DNA of 64,000 nt from Zootoca vivipara (taxonomy: Eukaryota). Position 1 is the first letter of the stretch. Each line of letters starts with the position of its first letter. Below the pieces are notes generated by a model, which saw only the letters and a program-made list of their open reading frames with translations, did not search any database and had not been told where the DNA came from. The stretch lies in contig NC_083288.1 in NCBI RefSeq assembly GCF_963506605.1, forward strand, positions 45,880,001 through 45,944,000, in the 5' to 3' direction. Shown piece after piece: positions 36,080 through 47,844 of this stretch. Position numbers and translations under genes: made by a program.

Positions 36080-36510
36080 GTCTGACCACAGTGACCCATG
36101 CATGAGTAATACCAAGATTCAATTATCACAATGCACTCTATGTGAGGCTCCCTTTGGACCTTGTCTGAAGGCTTCAACATGTGACAAAAGCTGTGGTTAG
36201 ACTGTTGATGAGGGAAAGGCTATCACCAAGACATATGTTCAATGCTAAAAAGTTTGCACTAGCTGTTAATGTTTTATTAGGCTAAGTTCAAGGTTCTTTC
36301 ATAAATTTACAATTTGGGTCCAGGATACCCCTTACCAATGGTAGTTGAAAGATAGAATGCTTAATGTGTTCTCCTTATTAGTTATTCCCTGCTGTTCAGT
36401 TTGGGACTTAGCACAATGTTGAATAGGATATCCCATACATTTAAGTCTCTTCTCTTATGCCTCTGAGGTCTTTGAGGGAGTCACTATTGGTGGTCCCTCA
36501 AGCCTCAGGT
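36080..36510 (+). mobile_element. Ancient L2 ORF2 C-terminal fragment interrupted by a V2R tail fragment
   Basis: Degenerate match to 60110-60445 (region encoding HALVISRLDYCNALYVGLPL and onward). Confidence 0.5.
36345..36418 (-). pseudogene. Orphan V2R C-terminal tail fragment
   Basis: Reads IVLSPKLNSRE*LIRRTH* followed by a 3'UTR stub. Confidence 0.65.
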
Positions 36511-37371
36511 ACAAAGCCCATGACCATCAGATTTTATTTTGTATCTTAGTGAGTTTCTTTGTTGTTCGTTTCTTAATTTAAGTGCAGACATCTGCTTCTC
36601 TGTGTAGACAAATGGATTTATGAAGAAATCTTTATTGCCTCTAACATCTTCCAACTATACTTGGTAACCACATCAGCACCTCCTTCATCCTGATAACACC
36701 TCCACAGATCTGCAGTATACTGTATACTACAGGTGATTCTCCAATACTGGTTTTTTGACAACTCCCAAGCATTTTGGAGTAATTTGATTTCATTTACATC
36801 ACATCGCAAATTCCCACCTTTTTTTTTTTAAAAAAAAGCCAACAACAATCCCCTCTGTTCCTCTTTGGAAGTAGAATTTGACTGTAATGGCTTTTCTTGG
36901 CAATTTGCCATTTATATTTATTTTAGTAGCACTATGGTCACTGCTTCCAACTGGCTAAACAACATGACATCTTTCAACAAGTTCTGATTGCCACTTAAGA
37001 TAAAGTCCAAGGTCATTTTCTTCCTAATCCATTCTGTGACCAACTGTTCTAGGGTATAGTCTCTTTAAGGAGAGTTGAAATTACCCATTACTACAACAGT
37101 TCCTGTTCGGAATGGTTTTTATTATTTTTATTTCTTCATCTCATGTTCTCACCAAGCATTGTTATTAGAGGCAAAATAGTACAACCCAAGTACTAAATTA
37201 CTCTTGGGCTTTTGTGTCACCACTCATAATGACTTCCGGGGAGGAGTTTGCCCCTTTTTGGATTTATAGCTTGCTGGAACCAATGACCATTTTGACATAC
37301 AAAGTTACATTCTCCTTCAGTACATTCATACCTGTCCTTCCTAAGCAATTTTAATAATGTTATACTAAGGT

Positions 37372-38352
37372 TGTTGTTGTTGTTTAGTCGTTTAGTTGTG
37401 TCCGACTCTTCGTGACCCCATGGACCATAGCACGCCAGGCACTCCTGTCTTCCACTGCCTCCCGCAGTTTGGTCAAACTCATGTTCGTAGCTTCGAGAAC
37501 ACTGTCCAACCATCTTGTCCTCTGTCGTCCCCTTCTCCTAGTGCCCTCAATCTTTCCCAACATCAGGGTCTTTTCCAAGGATTCTTCTCTTCTCATGAGG
37601 TGGCCAAAGTATTGGAGCCTCAGCTTCACGATTTATCCTTCCAGGGAGCACTCAGGGCTGATTTCCTTAAGAATGGATAGGTTTTATCTTCTTGCAGTCC
37701 ATGGGACTCTCAAGTGTCTCCTCCAGCACCATAATTCAAAAGCATCAATTCTTCAGCGATCAGCCTTCTTCATGGTCCAGCTCTCACTTCCATACATCAC
37801 TACTGGGAAAACCATAGCTTTAACTATACGGACCTTTGTAGGCAAGGTAATGTCTCTGCTTTTTAAGATGCTGTCTAGGTTTGTCATTGCTTTTCTCCCA
37901 AGAAGCAGGCGTCTTTTAATTTCGTGACTGCTGTCACCATCTGCAGTGATCAAGGAGCCCAAGAAGGTGAAATCTCTCACTGCCTCCATTTCTTCCCCTT
38001 CTATTTGCCAGGAGGTGATGGGACTAGTGGCCATGATCTTGGTTTTTTTGATGTTGAGCTTCAGACCATATTTTGCGCTCTCCTCTTTCACCCTCATTAA
38101 AAGGTTCTTTAATTCCTCCTCACTTTCTGCCATCAAGGTTGTGTCATCTGCATATCTGAGGTTGTTGATATTTCTTCCGGAAATCTTAATTCTGGCTTGG
38201 GATTCATCTAGTCCAGCCTTTCGCATGATGAATTCTGCATATAAGTTAAATAAGCAGGGAGACAATATACAACCTTGTCGTACTCCTTTCCCAATTTTGA
38301 ACCACTCAGTTGTTCCATATCCAGTTCTAACTGTAGCTTCTTGTCCCACATA
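37372..38352 (-). mobile_element. 5'-truncated RTE-BovB
   Basis: ORFs 37753-38349 and 37384-37629 (one nonsense break), (CAA)n tail, short TSD taaggt. Confidence 0.92.
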
Positions 38353-38479
38353 AGGTGGGACATAAGGTATCTCCCCACAAATACTTGGACTTCCGATAGT
38401 GTTCTATTTGACCACTGTGTGCAAGAAGGATTATGACTAGATGTTATAATGTAGTGGCTGAAAGATAGAATGCTTCTTT

Positions 38480-38614
38480 CAGGTTTCCGAAACTTGGGTC
38501 TTCAGCTGTTTTTGGATGACAGTTTCCATCACCCCTGACCACTGGTCCTGCTAGCTAGGGATGATGGGAGTTGCAGTGCAAAAACAGCTGGAGACCCAAG
38601 TTTAGGGAACCCTG
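38480..38614. mobile_element. Palindromic hAT-type MITE
   Basis: caggtttccgaaacttgggtc...gacccaagtttagggaaccctg inverted ends. Confidence 0.7.
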
Positions 38615-38697
38615 CAATAGTTCATAACATGCGGGACTTCTTCTATGACTTGGAAATATCAATGATGGCTAAATCTTATGGTGTGGTGACCAACAGG

Positions 38698-38775
38698 TAG
38701 AATGCTTAATGTTTTCTCCTTATTAGTTACTCCCTGCTGTTCAGTTCAGGTCTCAAAACATTGATGTAGCATTTG
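38698..38775 (-). pseudogene. Orphan V2R C-terminal tail fragment
   Basis: Reads [21 protein letters not shown]. Confidence 0.7.
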
Positions 38776-39414
38776 TCGCACATTGTGTACAGCACTTTGA
38801 AATTTCCCACAATCAAGTGTTGTATACATTTTATGAAATAAATTACTAAAATAATGAAAACCAAATTGACCTGCACCTAAAATGCTTGCCTAACACACAT
38901 GTCAGTATAAGAACAGGATTTTCACGTTTGAATGCTTCTTTGATTTCTGCCTCTCAAGATTTTCCTGAGCATTGTTATAAGGTGCACAATAGCACATCCT
39001 CAGTACTAAATTACATTAGGGATCCTGAATCACCGCTCATAATGTTTCCCCTTTTTGGATTTCTAGTTTGCTGGACTCAGTGTTCACATTGACACACAAA
39101 GTGGCATCCTCCTCCAGTACATCCTTTCCTGTCCTTCCTTTAGAAGTCATAATATGACATAATAAGTAAATATCTATAAATAGTGTTGTATAAATGTATC
39201 TCTCCCCCAAATATCTAGACACCCCATAGACTTTTGGTTGGCCACTGTGAGTAGGATGATGACTAGAATGTTGGTAATATGACCAATTTGAGATTTCCTA
39301 CATTTTTATGAAATAAATTAATGAAATAATGGGTGGGGGGGGACGACGATGATTGATCTGTACCTAAAATGCTTGCCAAACATACATGTCAGTGTAACAG
39401 AAGTGACAAATCCT

Positions 39415-40316
39415 TTAATGTTTTCTTCTTATTAGCTGCTCCCTGCTGTTCAGCTCAGGTCTCAACACAATGATGTAGCATTTGGGGCAAAAGATGCAGC
39501 CCAGTAGCCCAGCACTGGAGGCCAAGATAGAGAAGACTTCCACGGCCACCATGTCTTTTCCTCTGGTGCTCAGGTAAGTAGGAACAAAAGAGGCCCAAAC
39601 ACTACAAAATGCTAACATGCTGAATGTAATGAACTTGGCTTCATTGAAGCTGTCAGGTAACTTGCGGGCTAAGAATGCTACAACGAAGCTGGTGATGGCC
39701 AAGAGGCCCATGTAGCCTAAAACACTGTAGAACATGGTGACTGACCCTTCGTTACATTGCACAATAATTTCTCCACTTACTGAATGAAAGTCCAAATCGG
39801 GGAAGGGAGCCGAGGTTGCCAGCCACATAGTACAAATGCTTGCTTGAATAAGGGAGCAGGTTAAAACAATGAAGATGGCCAGTCTTTTCCCCACCCACTT
39901 CCTCACGCTGGAGCCTGGTCTGGTGGCCATGAAAGCTGTAACCACAGTGATGGTTTTGGCCAGGATGCAAGAAACAGCCAATGAGAAAATTATGATGAAA
40001 ATTGGTTGTCGGAGAAAGCAGGTCACAATACAAGGTTGGCCAAGGAATAACAAAGAAGAGAGGAAGCAGAACAAGAGGCAGAGGAGAAGAGTGTAGGTGA
40101 GGTCCCGATTGTTTGCTTTGACTATGGGTGTGTCCTTGTGCTTAATAAATATCCCTAGCACCACAACTGTGATGATGGACAAAAAAACAGCAACTGAAGC
40201 TAAACTGATCCCCAGAGGTTCTTTATAAGAGAGAAAGTTTCTAATTTTTGAAGTGCAAGAATCTCTGTTTTTGTTTGAATATTGGTCTGCCGGGCACTGG
40301 AAACAGTCTTCTGTAT
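39415..40316 (-). CDS. Vmn2r: V2R-D exon 6 (7TM)
   Basis: 902 nt; starts (D)[12 protein letters not shown] and is in frame with ORF 39415-40182. Confidence 0.92.
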
Positions 40317-43300
40317 CTGAAATACAAATAGAAGAGACATTTTAGCGGTAATTCATTCGCCACATCATATTGAGTTACTCATGTATGTTAACAAAATTTC
40401 ACGAACCTACCTTTCTGGTCTGAAATCTTCCCTTCTGGACATGGAGCACAATCATAGCAACAGAATTTTTTCTCTTCCTTCTTCTTCTTATGATGACCAC
40501 GGTGGCAGTGTTTATTACACACAGAAAGTGGAAGCACCTAGGCGCAAACATAGGAGGGCTTTGTGATTTGGGGTGGGAGATCGGTGGAGAAATTTATGCA
40601 GGTCATCTCCAGAGCCACATGATATTTAAGCAAGGTTCCACAAGTATTAGACGTGCATAAATATAGTTATTTATTCCTCTGCAAGACTACATTAGGTAGG
40701 ACTAGTACTTTTGGACATCCTCAGTGCCTATTTGCCCAACAGACAGTCTGCTAAGAAATCCCCACTATCTCTACCTGATTAAATGTTTTATGCCAGACAA
40801 TGAGATCTTCATTAATGGTGAAGTCTTCTTCTTCACTGGGATCCACTCTCCCAACTTTCACTCTCTGGAAAGAGTTGTTGTGGAATGTGACCAGGTTCGT
40901 AATGTCATATCCACCACTCAATTCCCCTTTATCATTGAAGGACACCATCACCCCAGCAGAGTTGTTAAATGCAACATCTTGCAGAAATAAGTCAACCTAG
41001 TTTAAAGAGAGAAAAAAGTTTTCAGAATGAACTTCATTATATGGTCCCAGTACAGAATGAGATGTAAACCCATGAATCTGTTTCAGTGATTACAATTCAT
41101 AACACTTTTTCATCTGTTTTTCCAAGATGCTGAGTGTAATCTCATTGGATGCAGAGACTGAAGGTCACCAAGTTTCTCCAATAAAAATGTTCTTTGTTCG
41201 TATCTAGATGTGTACATGTCATGTAAACCATAAGCTACGGTATTTTAAAAACGTTGTATTTTGCAACCATAAGGTCTACTTATGCGAATAAAAGAATGAT
41301 TTCTTTATGAAGACATTACCTGCCAAGGCTGCAGAGAATGAAGTTCAAAACTGTTGCGATCCACCCTTGCTCTTTGCTTGGATCGGGATGAGTAGAAGGT
41401 ATGCAGAGCATGAGCCAAAGCATAGACAGCATTATAGACACTGTAGCTATGGCCTGTCATGTGCATTTCAAAAAGACCAGCAGGGAGACTTTCCAGCCTC
41501 TCCTCTCCAGTACATGTGTCATCATCCATCATAGGCATCACTGGATCTGGAAATAAACAGTCAAATGCTTGCTCCCAGAAGCCCTTGAAAAAACCATCTG
41601 CTTGGGTCCTGGAAGGCTTGATACTCTGGAGAAATTCTGAAAAGTCCGGAAGTTCTCTTGACTGAATTGTGAAGGAAAGTGCACCTTGGAAAAGCTGGAA
41701 ATCCCAGTTTCTCTGAGGGCCAGTAGATGTGAAATCTATCTGGGATGTCATAATCCATACCTTTCCAAATGAAGCACTTTCTTTATGTCCAAGATCATTA
41801 AAAATATTAACCATTCTCAGCCAGGCAGTTGTCAAAGATTCTCCATAGCAGATAAGGGTTCTGGCCTTGTTATCTGTGAGAGATACAAAAATTCTTTCCA
41901 TTAAATTAGTTATTTCACCTAGATTTTCCATGGAAACTTGCTCTGGGATTCTTTTTGTGAAGGCTGAACAGATTCCATGCTTGGAAAACAGTGGCTCCAG
42001 GGTCTTCAAAAAATGTTCTCCTGTGTTATCATCTGCAACAAACAGCCCAACCCATGTCCATCCGAAATACTGAAGTAAACGGATAATGCCAATATATTGA
42101 TGGCTTTCATTTGGGACCATGCAGTAAAAGGAAAAGCTCTGCAATGCTTGACTCTCTTCTGTGGCAAATGAACCATAGGTGAGCTAAAAGAAAACATACC
42201 GTAGCTTTATTGCAGCGATAAGTTAAGATATTTATATGTGTGCCCATTTTGCTATGAGAATGTGACTTTATAACAAAATATTCATTTAAGAACTTTGTGG
42301 GTTCCAAAAAAATGACAATTAATCAATTTTTTGACAAAAATATGCATTTTCCAGTACAGTAGTACCTTGTTTTGCATATGTCTTGGTTTGCATACATTTT
42401 GGATTACGAACACGTCAAACCTGGAAGTGCGTGTCCCAGTTTGCAACATTTTTTGAGATTACAAAAATTGGATTGTGAACAATTTTTGGGGGGAGGCCCC
42501 ATTGTCAAAAGCACACCTTGGGTTACAAGCTATTTTGGTTTACAAATGGACCTCCGGATTATGGTTTTAAACCAAGGTATGATTGTATATTTCTTCTGCT
42601 TTACCTAAGCCTGGCAGAAGGAATAAAGACACTAATTAGTGTTACCTGTTGAGTTGCCAGTTCATGTAAGCAAACTGAACAGGTTTAGGATCCAGCCTAA
42701 GCCCTGCCTCTGTCCCACCCTGGGAGGCCTTCTGAGTGCAGGACTTACACCAGTAGTGGCTAAACCATAGCTGAGATGGGACGAGCATATTTTAGTAGCA
42801 TATCTTCAGCTGATCCAGGATTGGGGACTTAACACTCTCTGAACCTGTCTGAGGCTGGAGTTCCTCTGTGTCACTCATCCCGGAAGATCTTGCCACAGGA
42901 TTGCTCACCCAACTCTGCCCTTTAAAAAATAAGCATTCTCTTTTAATTTGCATTCTCCCTTATTTTCCAAAACACAGATCCTACCTGTGGAACCTTGTAG
43001 AGGGTTAAGATCTCTGCCATATTGATAGATATGCCAGATGTAAGTCCCCCAATGACGGCTATGAGGTTTTCCTGGATATCACATATGTAGTTGGGGACAA
43101 ATCTGTGTGATTTGAAGAGCAGGTCCAAAGTGGTACGATAGGTCATCCTTGCATCATAATAGCTGTCATAGATGCGGAACCCAAGTGTAGCATTGGGCAA
43201 GATCTTTTGATCATCGTTGATCTCCTTAATGGCAAACACCAAGGCCAGGATGTGCTGATAGAACTTTGTCACTATACTGCCAATGGAGTCGATACATTAA

Positions 43301-44440
43301 TACTTTGATTCACACTTAACCATTTGATACCACCTTTCCTCAATCCCATTCATTTTTGTTAGAATAGTATTTTATTTCTTGCTGTTTTCATTTTTGAAAT
43401 CCTGCATCATAGTGCATATTTCTCCTGATCCATTTTTTTTGCAAGCAATTTCCTCTAATGCAATTCTATCATCAATATATTTTGTCTTCTCATTTTTTTA
43501 TTTTTATGTTGTGAACTCCCCTGCAATCTTTGAATGAAGGGTAGTATACAGATTTAATGTATAAAGGGTAGTGTACAGAAACTACAACTAATCCAGAATG
43601 CGGCAGCTAGACTGGTGACTGGGAGCAGCCGCCGAGACCACATAACACCGGTTTAAAAAGATCTACATTGGCTCCCAGTACATTTTCGAGCACAATTCAA
43701 AGTGTTGGTGCTGACCTTTAAAGCCCTAAATGGCCTCGGTCCAGTATACCTGAAGGAGCATCTCCACCTCCATCATTCTGCCCGGACACTGAGGTCCAGC
43801 ACCGAGGGCCTTCTGGCGGTTCCCTCGTTGTGAGAAGCCAAGTTGCAGGGAACTAGGCAGAGGGCCTTCTCGGTAGTGGCACCTGCCCTGTGGAACGCCC
43901 TCCCACCAGATGTCAAAGAGGAAAACAACTACCAGACTTTTAGAAGACATCTGAAGGCAGCCCTGTTTAGGGAGGCTTTTAATGTTTAATAGATTACTGT
44001 GTTTTATTTTTCTGTTGGAAGCCGCCCAGAGTGGCTGGGGAAACCCAGCCAGATGGGCGGGGTATAAATAATAAATCATCATCATCATTAATTAACAACA
44101 ACAGCAACAGGTATGTGGGAGTGAAGTTGCTGCTGGATGGGTATCGCTAGCCACTCCTGCTTCACACAAACATGCAGCCTTCTAAAAGACAAGTTATATT
44201 TCATTAAAAAGTGGGGAATATAAGTACTTACTGTGGAACCTCAAGTAGCTCATGAGCAGGATCTTCCTTAAATTGAATTTCTGAGGAATGGTAAAATATA
44301 TGAGAAGCAATCCCACCAATCAGGAGGTCACTTGGCTGGTACCATTCATGTGGAACAGGGATCGGATCACCTCCAGGGCACTGCATTGTATTGACTTTGC
44401 ACACAATGGGTAGCAGAAGCAGTAGCAAAAGCCTCTGCAT
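39415..44440 (-). CDS. Vmn2r: V2R-D, intact vomeronasal type-2 receptor, ~871 aa
   Basis: Exons 44232-44440, 42985-43276, 41320-42183, 40775-40996, 40411-40537 and 39415-40316; all GT-AG; 2616 nt; open. Confidence 0.92.
40411..40537 (-). CDS. Vmn2r: V2R-D exon 5
   Basis: 127 nt, [11 protein letters not shown]. Confidence 0.9.
40775..40996 (-). CDS. Vmn2r: V2R-D exon 4
   Basis: 222 nt, [12 protein letters not shown]...WHKTFNQ. Confidence 0.9.
41320..42183 (-). CDS. Vmn2r: V2R-D exon 3
   Basis: 864 nt, open. Confidence 0.9.
42357..42585. mobile_element. Tc1/mariner (Tigger-like) MITE
   Basis: cagtagtaccttg...ccaaggtatgattg with TA flanks. Confidence 0.6.
42985..43276 (-). CDS. Vmn2r: V2R-D exon 2
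   Basis: 292 nt, [20 protein letters not shown]. Confidence 0.9.
43578..44090 (+). mobile_element. 5'-truncated L2 in V2R-D intron 1
   Basis: Matches 60193-60725; (ATC)n tail. Confidence 0.88.
44232..44440 (-). CDS. Vmn2r: V2R-D exon 1
   Basis: ATG at 44440 ([11 protein letters not shown]), 209 nt. Confidence 0.88.
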
Positions 44441-44589
44441 AGTTGCAATAAATCTCCTCCTAGTGTGCAGATTCCTTGGTGTTCCTATACACCAACTGCC
44501 TGACTTTGACTACGTTAAATGTTGCCTCACTCTCACAATTCACTTCATAAGGTGAAACATATCACCCATGCTTTTAGCATGAGCATAGT

Positions 44590-44915
44590 TTAAATACTAA
44601 TTTAAATAGCTGATCCTTCTTTCTGTCTTTATGCTGGGTGTTCAATATGAAAAAGTGGTGCTGTGTGTAATCATTATCAAATACTGGCCACTGTCCCCCA
44701 CTCCCAACTGTCAGTGAGCACTGGGTTTCCTTAATACTTTTCCAAGCTGTTTATTGACTATTTTTTAGTATCTCTATTAAAGCCTTTCGATATTTGGGTG
44801 ACTGAACCAATTATTTTGAATTGGATAATTGCAGAGGTAGATAATTACTCCTTCAGACTTTAGATTCTGAAGTAACTGCAAATAAGTTGCCTTGTTTTTG
44901 TAGGAGAGAAAACTT
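44590..44915 (-). promoter_or_regulatory. Putative V2R-D promoter (TTTAAAT 44600-44606; TTGGATAATTGCAG 44821-44834)
   Basis: The invariant 14-mer is retained although the surrounding DNA is divergent. Confidence 0.5.
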
Positions 44916-45802
44916 CAGAATTCCCTGAAGATCAAAGCCCTGCAAGAAAATCAGGACCTGACACAGAGCCATAATCTTACCTAAGGAAACAAATAAGTGC
45001 TAAATCCTTAAATGAAACCAACTGTCCAACTCCAGTTTTGCAATAAAATGGTAACCTAGAACGTATTGACATGGGATCAACAAGAGGACCAGTGATACTT
45101 GATTTAAGCTAAAACTGATCCTGTAGTCTGGTGTGAGCTGTTTTGTTGAGCCAGCTCAAGAATATCAGAATACCAGGCTCATGTAGCCCAGAACTGAGAC
45201 ATCACAATGGTTAACCAAATGCTCACCCACAGGTTCTGAAAGCAAAAGCATTCTCCCCACACGTGATTCCCACCAACTGGCATTGAGAAGCAATACCGAC
45301 GGTGGAGGTGAAACGTAGCCATTATACTTAGTAGCCAACTGTTCTCCACAAAGGGGGACAGCCCTGGCATATAGCCCTTATTGGGGAAGGTGACAATACA
45401 CCTCTTACAGAGAGATGCATCACACTTACTTTTATTGAATCCTTACTTAGGTTGCCAACACTTCAATGTGAGTACTAGCTAATAAGTTGAAAATTGGAGA
45501 CTTGTTGTTACTAATAGTAACAGAGTCCTGCCAACCACTTGATGCCCGCACTCCCAACTATACGTGACAGAGGGGATTGTTTATAACTATTTTCAAGCTT
45601 TCCCCCCCCCCCCACATTTTTGGTAAGAGATATGAAGACCTTTCTTTTGAGATTTGACCACACATCTCTTCTGCTCCCTAAAGAAATTAGAAATGGAATA
45701 TTTGTTTCAGATTTCCATGGTGAGCAGATCCCATCTGGAAAATGCATCTACTGTACAGTGGAACTGTCTTATTGCCTGGAGACGTAATCAGTAAATTCTG
45801 AA

Positions 45803-45853
<51 letters not shown>

Positions 45854-45910
45854 TTATACCCTGCCCATCTGGCTGGGTTCCCCCATCCACTCTAGGCAGC
45901 TTCCAACAAA
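45803..45910 (-). mobile_element. L2 3' end with (AAT)n tail
   Basis: ccctgcccatctggctgggttcccc plus AAT repeat. Confidence 0.8.
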
Positions 45911-45960
45911 TGATGTCTAATGTTCAGAAAATGGAAGCATACTTATCAATCGCATACTTA

Positions 45961-46223
45961 ACAGATCGTGAAGCTGAGGGTCCAATACTTTGGCCACCTC
46001 ATGAGAAGAGAAGAATCCTTGGAAAAGACCCTGATGTTGGGAAAGATTGAGGGCACTAGGAGAAGGGGACGACAGAGGACAAGATGGTTGGACAGTGTTC
46101 TCAAAACTACGAACATGAGTTTGACCAAACTGCGGGAGGCAGTGCAAGACAGGAGTGCCTGGCGTGCTCTGGTCCATGGGGTCACGAAGAGTCGGACACA
46201 ACTAAATGACTAAACAACAACAA
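45961..46223 (+). mobile_element. RTE-BovB 3' end
   Basis: KLRVQYFGHLMRREESLEKTLMLGK; (CAA)n tail. Confidence 0.88.
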
Positions 46224-46564
46224 CACTTATCAATCTATTTTTATTTAACAAATTTATACCTTATTTCTTGAGAGAGCTTCTCCACAATGTGCAACAAAAT
46301 GTAAAGTCCCAGTAGCATCCCAGTGCAACTTGTGTAATATCAATGAAATAAGTGCCAATCTCCCAATCTCAACTGCAAAGCAGGTAGATTTATTGTAGAT
46401 TTATTGTTTCAGAGATGAAGTTTTTGAGCAGCCTTCAAAGGCAGCCCAATTCACAAATCTGTCCAGATGTTGGTCAACAACATTTTTGGATTACTAGACA
46501 TATTTCAAATTTTTAGCTAGTGCTATGGGCACGTTGTAAAATGGCCGTTCTAGGTAAAATATCC

Positions 46565-46677
46565 TCCAGCTGTTCTCAGATTACAATTCCCATCATCCTT
46601 GACCACTGGTCCTGCTAGTTAGGGATGATGGGAGTTGTAGTCCAAACACAGCTGGAGACCCAAGTTTGGGAAACACC
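46565..46677. mobile_element. Palindromic hAT-type MITE (partial)
   Basis: Same family as 38480-38614. Confidence 0.65.
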
Positions 46678-47329
46678 GTTCTACACCAAAGCCAAGGCTG
46701 CCATCCTCTACTCATTTACTTGAGACTAAACTCGGTTAAAAACTGAGACTTACATCTGAATAGATGTGCTGTAAATTAACTATATAGTGAATTATTAGTA
46801 GGTGTCTGGCCTTTAGCTGCTTGCAAGCAGGAGACATGTATTTGGGGGAAGAAGGCAATGGCAGCAATCTCTCTCAGAAATGAACCATGCCTTGAATCCA
46901 GGAATGAAGGAGAGTTTCAGTGAGTTTGCTTTTTAAAGTGAAGCAATGTATTTCATACCTCCTCAACTGATACACAGATAAGATTGGAATATAGAATTAT
47001 ACCTTGGATTTTGCACATTTCTGAATTTTGTAGTAACAGCTTACGGCTTGAACAACAGCACCAACATGCCTTAAATTTATAAAATGTACTTAGAAATGTT
47101 CATATTGAGACTGTCAAAAGTTTAGGATTCTTTTCCACAGATGAACAGAAAACTGTGCTAAATAAATACAAGATTGACACATATTGATGTGCCCACCCCA
47201 AACTTGAATGACAACAAACACACACTGTTTTTGAAGGCAGAAATACACAATGTAAGGACCACCACAAAGCAAACCACCTGTTTCCCTGAATCCCAGCTCC
47301 AAAAAGCATAAGAGGGAGGTTTTTAAAAC

Positions 47330-47432
47330 CAGAACAAACTTTGTTGGTCTCTAAGGTGCTAATGGACATTTTTTTTAAAAAAATAATAATTTAATTTGAC
47401 TGCGTCAGACCAACACGGCTACCTACCTGAAT
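47330..47432. mobile_element. Probable Penelope-like terminal fragment
   Basis: ttgttggtctctaaggtgcta...gaccaacacggctacc resembles squamate Penelope-derived ends (recognition only). Confidence 0.4.
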
Positions 47433-47844
47433 TTAAAACCTTGTTTGCCTCATGTCTCCTGGAATCCTGTTGGAGCTGTAGTCTGCCGCTTTAATTACAA
47501 CAATCTTTTTAAATAAAGAAGAGAGAGAAATACACTCGCAGAGATCTGGTTCTTAATGAGACAATTGGCAGGAGATGTGGCATTCCTCCCCTCCCACCCC
47601 CTGGGAGATGCAAAACAAATAGAAAGCATCTTTGGACTCATACAGAAAATGACACAATTGGTGTCATACTTAACCACCACCACCACTCCACATACAAATT
47701 CTCAAGTTCACGTGGCACTCTGCAATGAAAGCATTTCACTTCAATTAAGACATTGAAGACCCTTGATGAATCAGGCCCAAGTCCCATCTGGTTTAGCATT
47801 TTGATTCTCCCAGTGGAAGCTTGCATTCTCTCCACTTGTGATTA

